Source: an uncultured virus (IMG/VR IMGVR_UViG_3300025617_000008)
Lineage: Duplodnaviria; Heunggongvirae; Uroviricota; Caudoviricetes
IMG/VR virus record: IMGVR_UViG_3300025617_000008
Length of the DNA: 64,000 nt
Direction: 5' to 3' (one strand)
Shown here: in pieces, positions 55,065 through 64,000 of the stretch
How positions within the stretch are numbered: the stretch's first letter is position 1
How the letters are laid out: each line of letters begins with the position of its first letter
The notes under the pieces: generated by a model
Database searches by the model: none
The model's input: only the letters and a program-made list of their open reading frames with translations
What the model was told of the DNA's origin: nothing
Made by a program: the position numbers and the translations under genes

Positions 55065-57381
55065 TGATAAACTACAGGCAATTTTTGAACATGCGATTAA
55101 TACTGCTCGTAAATTAAAACACGAGTATGTTACAATCGAACATCTAATGTTTAGTATTATGTGCGACAATGATACATACAGATCACTAGAAGAGTTCGGA
55201 GCAAATTCAGATTATATTAAAGCTAATTTAGAACATTATCTAAAAAATAATTTAAACGACTTAATAACTGAGAGTACTGATAAACCAAAACGTACACACA
55301 GCGTTGAACGTGCTTTGAATAGAGCGTTTACTCAAACACTGTTTAGTGGACGTAATCGTATTGAAATTGAAGATATGGTGTTGTCAATCTTAGGTGAGAA
55401 GAAAAGTTTTGCGTTTTACTATCTAACTAAAGGTAATGTTAATAAAGATAAGTTTTTAGAATTCTTTACTGATAGATACGAAGGCGAAATATTAGAACAA
55501 GAGGATGAACAAAAACTATCGCAAGGACAGCTAGATAAAATTCTAAATGCTTACTGTGATAACTTAACTTTAAAAGCAAAACAAAAGAAAATTGATCCTT
55601 TAATCGGACGCTTAGAAGAACTAGAAGATATCCAATTAGTATTAGCAAGGCGTACAAAATCAAACGTACTGCTAATTGGTGAGCCGGGTGTGGGTAAAAC
55701 TGCCCTTGCTGAAGGCCTTGCCTTAAAAATTGTACAAGGAAAGGTTCCTACATTCATTAAAGACCACGTTGTATGGACGTTAGATATCTCAGCACTATTG
55801 GCTGGTAGTAAGTATCGTGGAGATTTTGAAGAAAGATTAAAAGCAGTATTAAAAGCCTTAGAGAAAAAAGGCAATGTAATTCTGTTCATTGACGAAGCAC
55901 ATATGATGGAAGGTGCTGGTGCGGCAAACGGTAGTTCAAACGATCTAGCTAATATGCTAAAACCAATGCTAACAAAAGGCACAATGAAAGTAATTGCTTC
56001 AACTACTTGGGAAGAATACCGCAAGCACTTTGAAAAGGATCGTGCGCTAATGCGTCGATTCCAACGTGTAACTGTAGACGAACCAAGTTCAGAACTTACA
56101 GTAAAAATTATAAGAGGCCTTAGACGCTACTACGAAAAGTTTCATAGTGTTAAAATCACAGACGGTGCTATTGATCAAGCCGTTAAGATGTCTGTAAAAT
56201 ACATGACAGATAAAAAACTTCCGGATAAAGCAATCGACATTATTGATTGTGCGTGTGCTAGATACAAGGTGCTAGATGAAGATGTTGGACAAGAAACTAA
56301 CTTTGTAGATATTGAACAAGTAATGTTTGAAGTTAGTAAGATGACAAAAATTCCAATGGAGAATGTTTCGCAGAAAGAAAGTGAAACACTTGCTAATCTA
56401 GAAAGTAGTCTTAAGAATAGTGTATTTGGTCAGGACGAAGCAATTGGAAAATTACTTGACAAGATTTTTGTAGCACAATCTGGTATGAAGGCGAATGATA
56501 AACCAATTGGGTGTTTCTTGTTTGTAGGACCAACCGGTTGTGGTAAAACAGAAACAGCAAAACAACTTTCCGATAAAATGAGTATGCCGCTAATACGCTT
56601 TGATATGAGTGAATATCAAGAGAAGCATAGTGTAGCAAAACTTATCGGCGCTCCTCCAGGATATGTAGGATACGAAGATGATGCTGGACAACTTATCACT
56701 AAACTACAAGAAAACCCAAACTGTGTACTGCTTCTAGACGAAGTAGAAAAAGCACACAAAGATGTTTCAAATGTATTACTACAAATCATGGATAATGGAT
56801 TTGTTACAGGCGGTAACGGTAAAAAAGCAGATGCTCGTAATGCTATTGTGCTTATGACATCAAACTTAGGTGCCGCTGACAACGAAAGAAACAGTATTGG
56901 TTTTGATGACTTAGAAGTTAGTGACGAGGATGTTAAAGCAGTTAAAAAATACTTTGCTCCAGAGTTTCGTAACAGACTAGATGCTATTGTAAGGTTTGAA
57001 AAACTTAAACCAGAAATTGTTAGAGTAATTGTAGATAAGTTTATTAAAGAACTTAACGATCAAATTAAAGATAAGCATGTAGAAATTGTGCTTGATAATA
57101 ATTCAAGAGAATGGTTAGCAGATCGCGGATACAGTTCTAAAATGGGTGCTAGACCGTTAGGCAGAATTATTGACAAAGACATTAAGTCGCCACTTAGTCG
57201 ACGTATGCTGTTTGGAGATTTAAAAGAAGGCGGCAGAGTATTTGTTTCACTTAAAGATGATAAACTTTATTTTAATGTTGTTAATCTAGGTGACGAATTA
57301 GATAAATTTCAGAAGAGAGCATTAAAAGCTCATAATAGAATTCAGAAAGGAAATCTGTTACCAAATGAATCCAACGCTTAA
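55051..57381 (+). CDS. clpA: Clp ATPase, ClpA type
   Basis: Clp N domain, two AAA+ modules (GEPGVGKT, GPTGCGKT), IGF loop, no M-domain. Confidence 0.9.
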   Translation: MLEPSDKLQAIFEHAINTARKLKHEYVTIEHLMFSIMCDNDTYRSLEEFGANSDYIKANLEHYLKNNLNDLITESTDKPKRTHSVERALNRAFTQTLFSGRNRIEIEDMVLSILGEKKSFAFYYLTKGNVNKDKFLEFFTDRYEGEILEQEDEQKLSQGQLDKILNAYCDNLTLKAKQKKIDPLIGRLEELEDIQLVLARRTKSNVLLIGEPGVGKTALAEGLALKIVQGKVPTFIKDHVVWTLDISALLAGSKYRGDFEERLKAVLKALEKKGNVILFIDEAHMMEGAGAANGSSNDLANMLKPMLTKGTMKVIASTTWEEYRKHFEKDRALMRRFQRVTVDEPSSELTVKIIRGLRRYYEKFHSVKITDGAIDQAVKMSVKYMTDKKLPDKAIDIIDCACARYKVLDEDVGQETNFVDIEQVMFEVSKMTKIPMENVSQKESETLANLESSLKNSVFGQDEAIGKLLDKIFVAQSGMKANDKPIGCFLFVGPTGCGKTETAKQLSDKMSMPLIRFDMSEYQEKHSVAKLIGAPPGYVGYEDDAGQLITKLQENPNCVLLLDEVEKAHKDVSNVLLQIMDNGFVTGGNGKKADARNAIVLMTSNLGAADNERNSIGFDDLEVSDEDVKAVKKYFAPEFRNRLDAIVRFEKLKPEIVRVIVDKFIKELNDQIKDKHVEIVLDNNSREWLADRGYSSKMGARPLGRIIDKDIKSPLSRRMLFGDLKEGGRVFVSLKDDKLYFNVVNLGDELDKFQKRALKAHNRIQKGNLLPNESNA

Positions 57382-58048
57382 AGAAACTAAAAAACTTTTT
57401 TATAAGAAATGGATCTATAAAATTGGACTGAACATTGCGGGTGTGGGTGTACTTAGAGACAAGTCGGGAGAAGAATTAGAATATTTTCTATCCGAACTAC
57501 CTTTTAGTTTTCCAGCAAACCGATACCCGCAAAGTGTCCAAGCAAGAGCAGTAAGTTCAAAAAATACATTAATTAAACTTACTCTGTTATTACAATCATA
57601 TGATAAGAGTACCTACTCTAAAAGAATAGAGTCGGATTTCTTTGACGTATACACAAATAATAAAATGCTACTAGATGAAATCCAAACTGAGTTTAGTAAG
57701 TATGTTAGATTAGTATCAAAGCCAAAAACTAAGAATATTGATCTTTTATTAAAAAATGAACATTCGATATTTGTTAAGACCTTGCCTAAAAACAAATACG
57801 AATATCGAGTTTATTTAAAACCACACAGAGTACCAAATGATAAAAAAGACGGGTTTATTACTTGGCTTGCTGATCAGGGAGATAAGACTTCACTGTCCGA
57901 AAGTCTTATTGATTGGTTTATCAAATGTACTATGAATTGGGACAGACGCTATATTTTAGTCGATAACGAAAAAACATTGTTAATGATTAAGTTACATACA
58001 CCTGAAGCAATAGGCACAGTGTACAAATACGAAGTTGTGGATAAATAA
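57365..58048 (+). CDS. Hypothetical protein
   Basis: 227-aa ORF coupled to clpA. Confidence 0.7.
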   Translation: MNPTLKETKKLFYKKWIYKIGLNIAGVGVLRDKSGEELEYFLSELPFSFPANRYPQSVQARAVSSKNTLIKLTLLLQSYDKSTYSKRIESDFFDVYTNNKMLLDEIQTEFSKYVRLVSKPKTKNIDLLLKNEHSIFVKTLPKNKYEYRVYLKPHRVPNDKKDGFITWLADQGDKTSLSESLIDWFIKCTMNWDRRYILVDNEKTLLMIKLHTPEAIGTVYKYEVVDK

Positions 58049-58052
58049 CACT

Positions 58053-58403
58053 ATGCCGACAAGAAGTATTACACTATTAACAAACGAATCAACAGAAGCA
58101 GTAAACAACACTACATTTGCTTATACAGATAAGCAACAAGGTGATGGATACTACAATCTTGGTGACGGGTTACACACTGTAACTTACCGCACTGACTCCT
58201 TTGAAGGAACCATTAAAATGCAAGGTACGCTTGCTTTAGAACCTACTGAAGATGATTGGTTTGATATTGCTAACACTGACTTTGGTGCTGATAGTACATC
58301 ACAGAGTTCAGCATACCGTAACTTTACAGGCAATTTTGTGTGGGTTAGAGCCGCATACAACATTGTCGATGGCACAATTTCAGAAATCCGTTATAATCAC
58401 TAA
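58053..58403 (+). CDS. Probable virion protein
   Basis: ATG 5 nt after GATAAATA; GDGYY...GLHTV...NFTGNFVWVRA. Confidence 0.7.
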   Translation: MPTRSITLLTNESTEAVNNTTFAYTDKQQGDGYYNLGDGLHTVTYRTDSFEGTIKMQGTLALEPTEDDWFDIANTDFGADSTSQSSAYRNFTGNFVWVRAAYNIVDGTISEIRYNH

Positions 58404-58456
58404 CTGCGCAACGACGATAAATATAGTATAACATAACCTTAGGGGACTTTTATACA

Positions 58457-59752
58457 ATGCGCGATATTATCAATAAACTCAAGCAACTTGAGGAATCACA
58501 AACAGAACCGTCCGGCCCACAGGTAGGCGACGAGTTCGGAATCAGCTTCTCAGAAGATTTAGAAATTTCAACCACTATTACAGACGTCTTAGAAGACGGT
58601 ATTGTTGTCGAAATGGATGACGATGCTATTACACACATGACAGAAAATGGTGTACACCTGTATGACGGCGAAATTGTAGAATCAGACGAACTAGACGAAA
58701 CAGAAGCACAGAAGGGTCTAGATGGAAAGCGTTGCTGGAAAGGTTACAGACGTCAAGGCACTAAAATGAAAGGCGGCAAGCGTGTTGATAATTGTGTTAA
58801 GGTAGGCGAAGGTATTGAAGAAGCAGGTTTCGCAGGAGATCCACAAAATAGAGATGGATTAAAGCCATGGTTAAGATTATCCCAGTTAATGGATCAAGAA
58901 ATAACAAAAATTAGTTTAAAGTCAGACGAAGGTATTGAACTGTCAACTTCGTTAGAAGCAGTTACCAATATGATTCAATCAAATGATAACCTTTTAAATG
59001 CCTTATCAAAAACTGGTGAACCTAAAGCAGGTTCTAAAGTTGTAAGACAATTAGTCGATCTAGTAAAAGGTCAACTTAATAAAGGCGAATCTATACCAGT
59101 TAAGGCCGATTCAGAAGATATGATAAAGTTTATTAATGCTACTATTGATAAATTCAATGCTGGCGCAGAATTTGATCGTACTAAAATTAAAGACCCTAAC
59201 CCAGAACCAGAGATGGAAAAAGAAGATTCTGAACTAGACAGAATTAAATCGCTGTCGGGTGTACAAACAGAAGGTCATGGTCCTGAAGTTGATAGTTTCT
59301 TAGAAAAAGTTGCGGCAATGCCGGCCAGCCAAGAAAAAATGGACATGGCAGAAAAGGCATACCGTGGAGAGTTTGGACCTGATATTCAAAAAGCAATCGA
59401 AGACATGTATAACGAAGCAAAAAAATCTGTAGGCGATATGGATGATGTCATGGACGATGTACTAGATATGATCGAAAAAGATTATGGTCCAAAAGAAGAT
59501 ATTGGTGTCGACGAAGCAGAATATCAAGGACGTAAAGTAAGCCTTGGTAAGCCAACAAGAGGCGATGTCAAGAAGTTTAAAGTATATGTTAAGAATCCAA
59601 AGGGTAACGTAGTTAAAGTTAACTTTGGTGATCCTAACATGAAGATCAAAAAGTCTAACCCAGCAAGACGCAAGAGTTTCCGTGCTAGACATAACTGTGC
59701 TAATCCTGGTCCAAGACATAAAGCACGTTATTGGTCATGCCGTAAGTGGTAA
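58457..59752 (+). CDS. Modular acidic protein, probable head-internal polyprotein
   Basis: CWKGY...NCV module, ELDRIKSLSG motif, basic C-terminal domain (VNFGDP...SFRARH.C...YWSC..W), Glu-rich linkers. Confidence 0.75.
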   Translation: MRDIINKLKQLEESQTEPSGPQVGDEFGISFSEDLEISTTITDVLEDGIVVEMDDDAITHMTENGVHLYDGEIVESDELDETEAQKGLDGKRCWKGYRRQGTKMKGGKRVDNCVKVGEGIEEAGFAGDPQNRDGLKPWLRLSQLMDQEITKISLKSDEGIELSTSLEAVTNMIQSNDNLLNALSKTGEPKAGSKVVRQLVDLVKGQLNKGESIPVKADSEDMIKFINATIDKFNAGAEFDRTKIKDPNPEPEMEKEDSELDRIKSLSGVQTEGHGPEVDSFLEKVAAMPASQEKMDMAEKAYRGEFGPDIQKAIEDMYNEAKKSVGDMDDVMDDVLDMIEKDYGPKEDIGVDEAEYQGRKVSLGKPTRGDVKKFKVYVKNPKGNVVKVNFGDPNMKIKKSNPARRKSFRARHNCANPGPRHKARYWSCRKW

Positions 59753-59761
59753 GGAGAAGTT

Positions 59762-60109
59762 ATGCGTTTAATGGAATTATTCTCATCGGATCCAACTAGT
59801 CAAGATCCACGTTTAAGCAAAGACATCAACTATCTTGATGATCTTAAATTCTATATGGATAATGATAATGAGGGCTTGACAAATGTCTTATTCCCTGCTA
59901 TAAAAGCACATAAAGAAAATATCGATGACGAAAGTGCTTTTAGACATTATATGAAACCTATTAAAATTACAGTTGAAAAATATTGTAATCAATACGATCT
60001 CGATGATGTAAAAGATGACATATTTTCAAACGAAGATTTGATTCATTTAGCAAAAAGAATTGCCGAAGAGCAAAAAAGTCATATTAAAAATAAGGATTAC
60101 GAAGGATGA
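59762..60109 (+). CDS. Hypothetical protein (MRLMELF start)
   Basis: AGGAG RBS. Confidence 0.75.
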   Translation: MRLMELFSSDPTSQDPRLSKDINYLDDLKFYMDNDNEGLTNVLFPAIKAHKENIDDESAFRHYMKPIKITVEKYCNQYDLDDVKDDIFSNEDLIHLAKRIAEEQKSHIKNKDYEG

Positions 60110-61932
60110 GATTATTCGACCTTTTTGAAAATGAACAACTAAAAACAGCCGTAATTGGATTCGGAAGATTTAATCCACCTACTACAGGTCATGGTGTATT
60201 AGTTGATGCCATTAACAAAAAGGCAAAAGAGTATAGTGGAGATCCTATGTTATTCTTAACATTGTCACACACTCCATTCTTAACTGATAAAACTCAAAAA
60301 CTTAGACCTTGGGACAAAATTAAAAATCCGCTTACGTGGAAACAAAAATTATTTTACGCACAAAAGTTTTTTAATATTCCTATCAGTACAGATCCTAGCC
60401 TAAACACTATTATGGCTGTTATGAAAAGTTTAGAAACAAAAGGCTACGAAAAAGTAGTTCTTGTTTGCGGATCTGACAGAGTACAAGAATTTGAAAGTCA
60501 AGTTCTTCCTTTTAATAATACGCCTGACAAAGCTGGAAAGATTAACTTTAATATTAAAGAAGTTAGTGTAGAAGAAGGCGGTTTTAGAGACGAAGAAGCA
60601 GACGATGCTAGTGGCATGAGCGCAAGTAAAATGCGTGAAGCGGCCGCTAATAATGACTTTGAAAGTTTTAAGAAGGGTGTACCTGTAGAAGGTTTAGCAC
60701 AGAAGATGTTTGATGAAGTACGTCAAGCACTTGGTATGAATCATCAAAAACAAACAGAAGATTTAACAGTAAAACAACAACGACCTAAACTAGAAGTTAT
60801 ATACAACATAGCAGATCGTAAAGACAACAAGCCTTTTCCGTTAAGTTATAAAGATACAGGCGGCGCAAGTTCAGGTGGTATGGTATACCTTACACCCGAT
60901 GTTGCTAGAAAGTTTATTTCTTTTTATGAGAAAAGAGCAGACGACGAACAACAGTTAATGCAGAAAGCACTTAAAAGTGTAAGTGGTCTTAGAAACCTAT
61001 TTAAAAATATTGGACTAGGTGATGTTGAAGTTAAGATGGATCCAAAAGCAGAACCTTCAATGCCTAAGAATCCATTAGACGCTCTACTACAAAGTGAAGC
61101 AACACTTGTAAAGCCTATGGGTGGTGCTCCAATTAAAAGACCTAATCCTGTTGCTAAAAATGCTAATGCTACTATTGGCGGCGGCGGTGCTGGCGCACAT
61201 AGAGATAAAAAGAAAGATTCTAAAAAAGGTTACGAAAAACATAAAGGTAAGCAATTCGAAGCACAAGAACCGGGTGAATACAGAGAAATTAGTGGTGTAA
61301 GATATTACATTGTTAAAAACAAAAGCGGAAAGTCAAAAGCATTTAGCGGACCTACTCCGGCGGCAAAGAAGTACGCACAGTCGGGAGGTAACTGGTATAA
61401 TGAAGTAGCAGAAGGTTATCAAGATTTAGAAGTCATGGGCCATACATATATGCCCGACGAAGACAGAGAAGACGATAACGTAAAGATCTGGCATACTATT
61501 ATTACTCCACAAGGTAAGACCATTGACGCAGACTTTACTCCATACAGTTATATGGATAAAGAAGATCTTAAACTTTATATTAAGTTAAAGTATCCTAAAC
61601 GTATTACAGCAGGTCCTTTAGATAAAGAGGATCTACAAAAACTAGCACAAACACACGGACTAATTAATTTAGATTCTGAAATGGCAAACGCAGGAAAGAA
61701 AGAAGCGTATGGTGACGAAGAAGATTGGGGTTCAATGTCTAAGAGAGAATTCAAAAGACGTGAACTTGATCATGAACTAGGACACGAAAAAAATAATTAT
61801 GCTGTTAGTATTAATGGCAAGCAGTGGAAAGTATTTCCGAACAAACAACAAGCAATTAAAGCTGCATCTACTATCCAAATGAAATATGGAAAAGACACTA
61901 AGGTGTACGCTACTATGGAAAATCCTTCTTAA
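60106..61932 (+). CDS. HxGH-type nucleotidyltransferase domain plus modular C-terminal extensions
   Basis: FGRFNPPTTGH, GSDR, MSASKMR, then about 390 aa of short modules. Confidence 0.8.
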   Translation: MRLFDLFENEQLKTAVIGFGRFNPPTTGHGVLVDAINKKAKEYSGDPMLFLTLSHTPFLTDKTQKLRPWDKIKNPLTWKQKLFYAQKFFNIPISTDPSLNTIMAVMKSLETKGYEKVVLVCGSDRVQEFESQVLPFNNTPDKAGKINFNIKEVSVEEGGFRDEEADDASGMSASKMREAAANNDFESFKKGVPVEGLAQKMFDEVRQALGMNHQKQTEDLTVKQQRPKLEVIYNIADRKDNKPFPLSYKDTGGASSGGMVYLTPDVARKFISFYEKRADDEQQLMQKALKSVSGLRNLFKNIGLGDVEVKMDPKAEPSMPKNPLDALLQSEATLVKPMGGAPIKRPNPVAKNANATIGGGGAGAHRDKKKDSKKGYEKHKGKQFEAQEPGEYREISGVRYYIVKNKSGKSKAFSGPTPAAKKYAQSGGNWYNEVAEGYQDLEVMGHTYMPDEDREDDNVKIWHTIITPQGKTIDADFTPYSYMDKEDLKLYIKLKYPKRITAGPLDKEDLQKLAQTHGLINLDSEMANAGKKEAYGDEEDWGSMSKREFKRRELDHELGHEKNNYAVSINGKQWKVFPNKQQAIKAASTIQMKYGKDTKVYATMENPS

Positions 61933-62153
61933 TGGACTTAGATAGACTTAAAAAATTAGCGGGCATCAACGAGTTCAAAGGTTACACTCCGTACGAAGGT
62001 TCAAACATATCCGTAACTGGAACAGAAAAAAGAAAAATAGAAAAAGAGAAGAATTTGCGTCCTGGAGACAACGACTGGTTTAAACTTTGGTTTAGTCGTC
62101 CGTACTGGAAAGGACAAGAATATCCTCCCGGACTAAGAGGACGTAAACAATGA
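61932..62153 (+). CDS. Small hypothetical protein
   Basis: LDRLKKLAGINE, SNIS.TG.EK, PG...WFKLWF. Confidence 0.75.
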   Translation: MDLDRLKKLAGINEFKGYTPYEGSNISVTGTEKRKIEKEKNLRPGDNDWFKLWFSRPYWKGQEYPPGLRGRKQ

Positions 62154-62479
62154 TTACCTTGACTGACTCTGCTAAAGAAAAGATTACCAGCTTATTACAA
62201 GATGAAAATGAGCCTGGTTTAGCTGTCAGAACTTTTGTTGAGGGCGGAGGCTGTCAAGGTTTTCAATATGGCTTTACCCTTGATAAAGACATTGAAGAAA
62301 CTGATACAGTAATTACTATTAATGAAAATGCTAGTATGGTAATAGATAACATGAGTTTGTTATATCTTTCAGGATCAACAATTGACTACAACAACGATTT
62401 AATGAGTAGTGGATTTAATATTACCAATCCTAATGCTCAAAGTTCATGTAGTTGTGGTAGTAGTTTTGCGTGTGGATAA
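62150..62479 (+). CDS. erpA: A-type Fe-S carrier (ErpA-like)
   Basis: GGGCQGFQYGF, NPNA.SSCSCGSSF. Confidence 0.85.
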   Translation: MITLTDSAKEKITSLLQDENEPGLAVRTFVEGGGCQGFQYGFTLDKDIEETDTVITINENASMVIDNMSLLYLSGSTIDYNNDLMSSGFNITNPNAQSSCSCGSSFACG

Positions 62480-62482
62480 ACG

Positions 62483-64000
62483 ATGAGAGCAAGTGAGTTT
62501 GGATTACCAGAAGGAATGAAAGTCTATTTAGATATGGACGGCGTCATTGCCAATTTCTTTGAAGAGTATGCTAAACTTGCCGGGGTAAAAAGTTACAGAG
62601 ATGTTCCTGCCGCTAAAGTAGATCCCACACTAGACAAAATGATAGGAACAGACTTTTTTAATAAACTTCCTAAATTTCCAGTATCGGATAAGATTGTTAG
62701 TATTGCTATACAAGCCGGCGGCGGATATGGTATTATTTCAAGTCCGTTACGTAATGATTTTAAGAATTCAGAAAGATGGAAACGTGAATGGATTAAAAGA
62801 GAATTAAACCCACAACCAGAAGAAATTTTTATTACACCAAACAAAGCCGTACATGCTGTTACAAATGGCGTTCCTAATGTATTGATTGATGACAGAGGGG
62901 ACAATATCAGTAAGTGGGAGGCTGCTGGCGGAATTGGTATTAAGTTCCAAGCAGATGAGGATTCACTTAAAGTAATACTTGATGGATTGAAAAGAGCAAG
63001 ACGTATCGGCGATGGTGATGAGAAATTAGAGCCGCAAAAATTAAAAAGTCGTAACTTGGGTAGTATGATTGCTACAGATAAAGAAGAAAGCATTAACAAC
63101 GAAAGTAATTTAGTATTACCCGTAAGTTCTGTTAGAGGGGTTGTTGTTGATCTTATTAAAGATAAAATTGAAAAAGAAAGAGATCTACAAAAAGTTTCAA
63201 CCTGGTTAAAATTTATCGTAGGAAAAACTATTAAAGCCAGAGGAGATCGATATACGATCACAAGTGAAGATGTACTACAAGCATTAACAGTAATCAAAGA
63301 AAGCATCGACGAAGATTTTGAAAATGTAGCAGATATTGATTTGACTAAAGCACTTGATACAATGGCTCAAAACGCAGTTAGCGGAGAACGATTAAAAGAT
63401 GTTTTTATTATGCGTAACAAACATAATATGACATTTAAACAAATTGGGGATGAGATTGGTACAGGACTTGATCGTGCTAGACAAATTTATCAAAGAGCAT
63501 TACGTAACCTAAGATTTCTTTTAAAAGACTATGTAAAAGAAAACTTTGCTGATGGTAAAGTAAATGAGGTTTTAGACAAGCCTGCGCCTTATACTTGGAG
63601 TAAAGATGAATTTGGATTTCCAACAGCAACAGCCAAAGACCTAGGATTACATATTGCGTTCGATGGCAGGAATCAACCGGATTGGGAAGTATCGTTTTAT
63701 AGAGAACAAGATAACGGCAATGTTGTTATGAATCGTCCAACAGGACAAGGACGAGAATTTCAAGTGTTTGCTACAGTTAATGCCGCGATTAAAGATTTTA
63801 TAAAAATGCACCCTGATGCAGAGGGTCTTACGCTTGATGCTAGAAAAGACGGTGGCGTAGATGGCCAGGGCAGAGTAAGTTTATACAGAAGAATGATGGA
63901 CAGCTATGCTAAAAAACTAGGTTGGGAATTTAAAGAATGGGACCAAGGACAAATGGTTATGATGGGAATATACAAGCCTAGAACTAACGAAAACTTTGCT
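62483..64000 (+). CDS. Multidomain protein (partial): HAD 5'-nucleotidase-like, sigma70 region-4-like HTH and further modules
   Basis: Open from ATG 62483 to the window end (absent from ORF track); YLDMDGV, LIDD...N...W..AGG; MTFKQIG...RARQIYQRALRNLR; ENFA twice. Confidence 0.85.
   Translation, partial: MRASEFGLPEGMKVYLDMDGVIANFFEEYAKLAGVKSYRDVPAAKVDPTLDKMIGTDFFNKLPKFPVSDKIVSIAIQAGGGYGIISSPLRNDFKNSERWKREWIKRELNPQPEEIFITPNKAVHAVTNGVPNVLIDDRGDNISKWEAAGGIGIKFQADEDSLKVILDGLKRARRIGDGDEKLEPQKLKSRNLGSMIATDKEESINNESNLVLPVSSVRGVVVDLIKDKIEKERDLQKVSTWLKFIVGKTIKARGDRYTITSEDVLQALTVIKESIDEDFENVADIDLTKALDTMAQNAVSGERLKDVFIMRNKHNMTFKQIGDEIGTGLDRARQIYQRALRNLRFLLKDYVKENFADGKVNEVLDKPAPYTWSKDEFGFPTATAKDLGLHIAFDGRNQPDWEVSFYREQDNGNVVMNRPTGQGREFQVFATVNAAIKDFIKMHPDAEGLTLDARKDGGVDGQGRVSLYRRMMDSYAKKLGWEFKEWDQGQMVMMGIYKPRTNENFA

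Noticed and set aside
62593..63306. 237-aa minus-strand ORF
   Set aside because: Shadow of the plus-strand ORF starting at 62483, which has clear HAD motifs
1..64000. Stop-codon reassignment
   Set aside because: Standard code 11 gives long, densely packed ORFs; TAA, TAG and TGA all end recognisable genes; no suppressor tRNA

Overview
A 64-kb, AT-rich, densely coding segment of a large tailed dsDNA phage with T4-like features. The host is most plausibly a Gram-negative marine proteobacterium (inference from spanins, consensus sigma70 promoters, UvsE, PhoH, FdxA, IscA/ErpA). 1-15 kb is an accessory region. It holds tRNA-Gly/Ser/Arg, an abnormal 113-nt Leu-like tRNA, an oxygenase-aminotransferase-amidinotransferase operon, an RNA polymerase omega subunit, peroxiredoxin, an Hc1-like protein and a flavin halogenase. 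15-45 kb holds tail/baseplate/fibre genes (including a 2456-aa protein and a subtilisin-like protease), interrupted by a queD/glycosylation/UvsE island. 45-58 kb holds a DnaE fragment, GroES, clamp loader, ferredoxin, PhoH, a lysis cassette and DnaJ-PDF-ClpA. 58-64 kb holds modular proteins that look like head-packaged, Glu-cleaved polyproteins, one carrying a sigma70 region-4 domain. The most unusual signal is a ~225-nt promoter-driven, highly structured non-coding element (6259-6483) containing six TTG triplets at an exact 7-nt period, upstream of rpoZ and a coiled-coil protein. All family calls come from motif recognition by eye; no database search was run.
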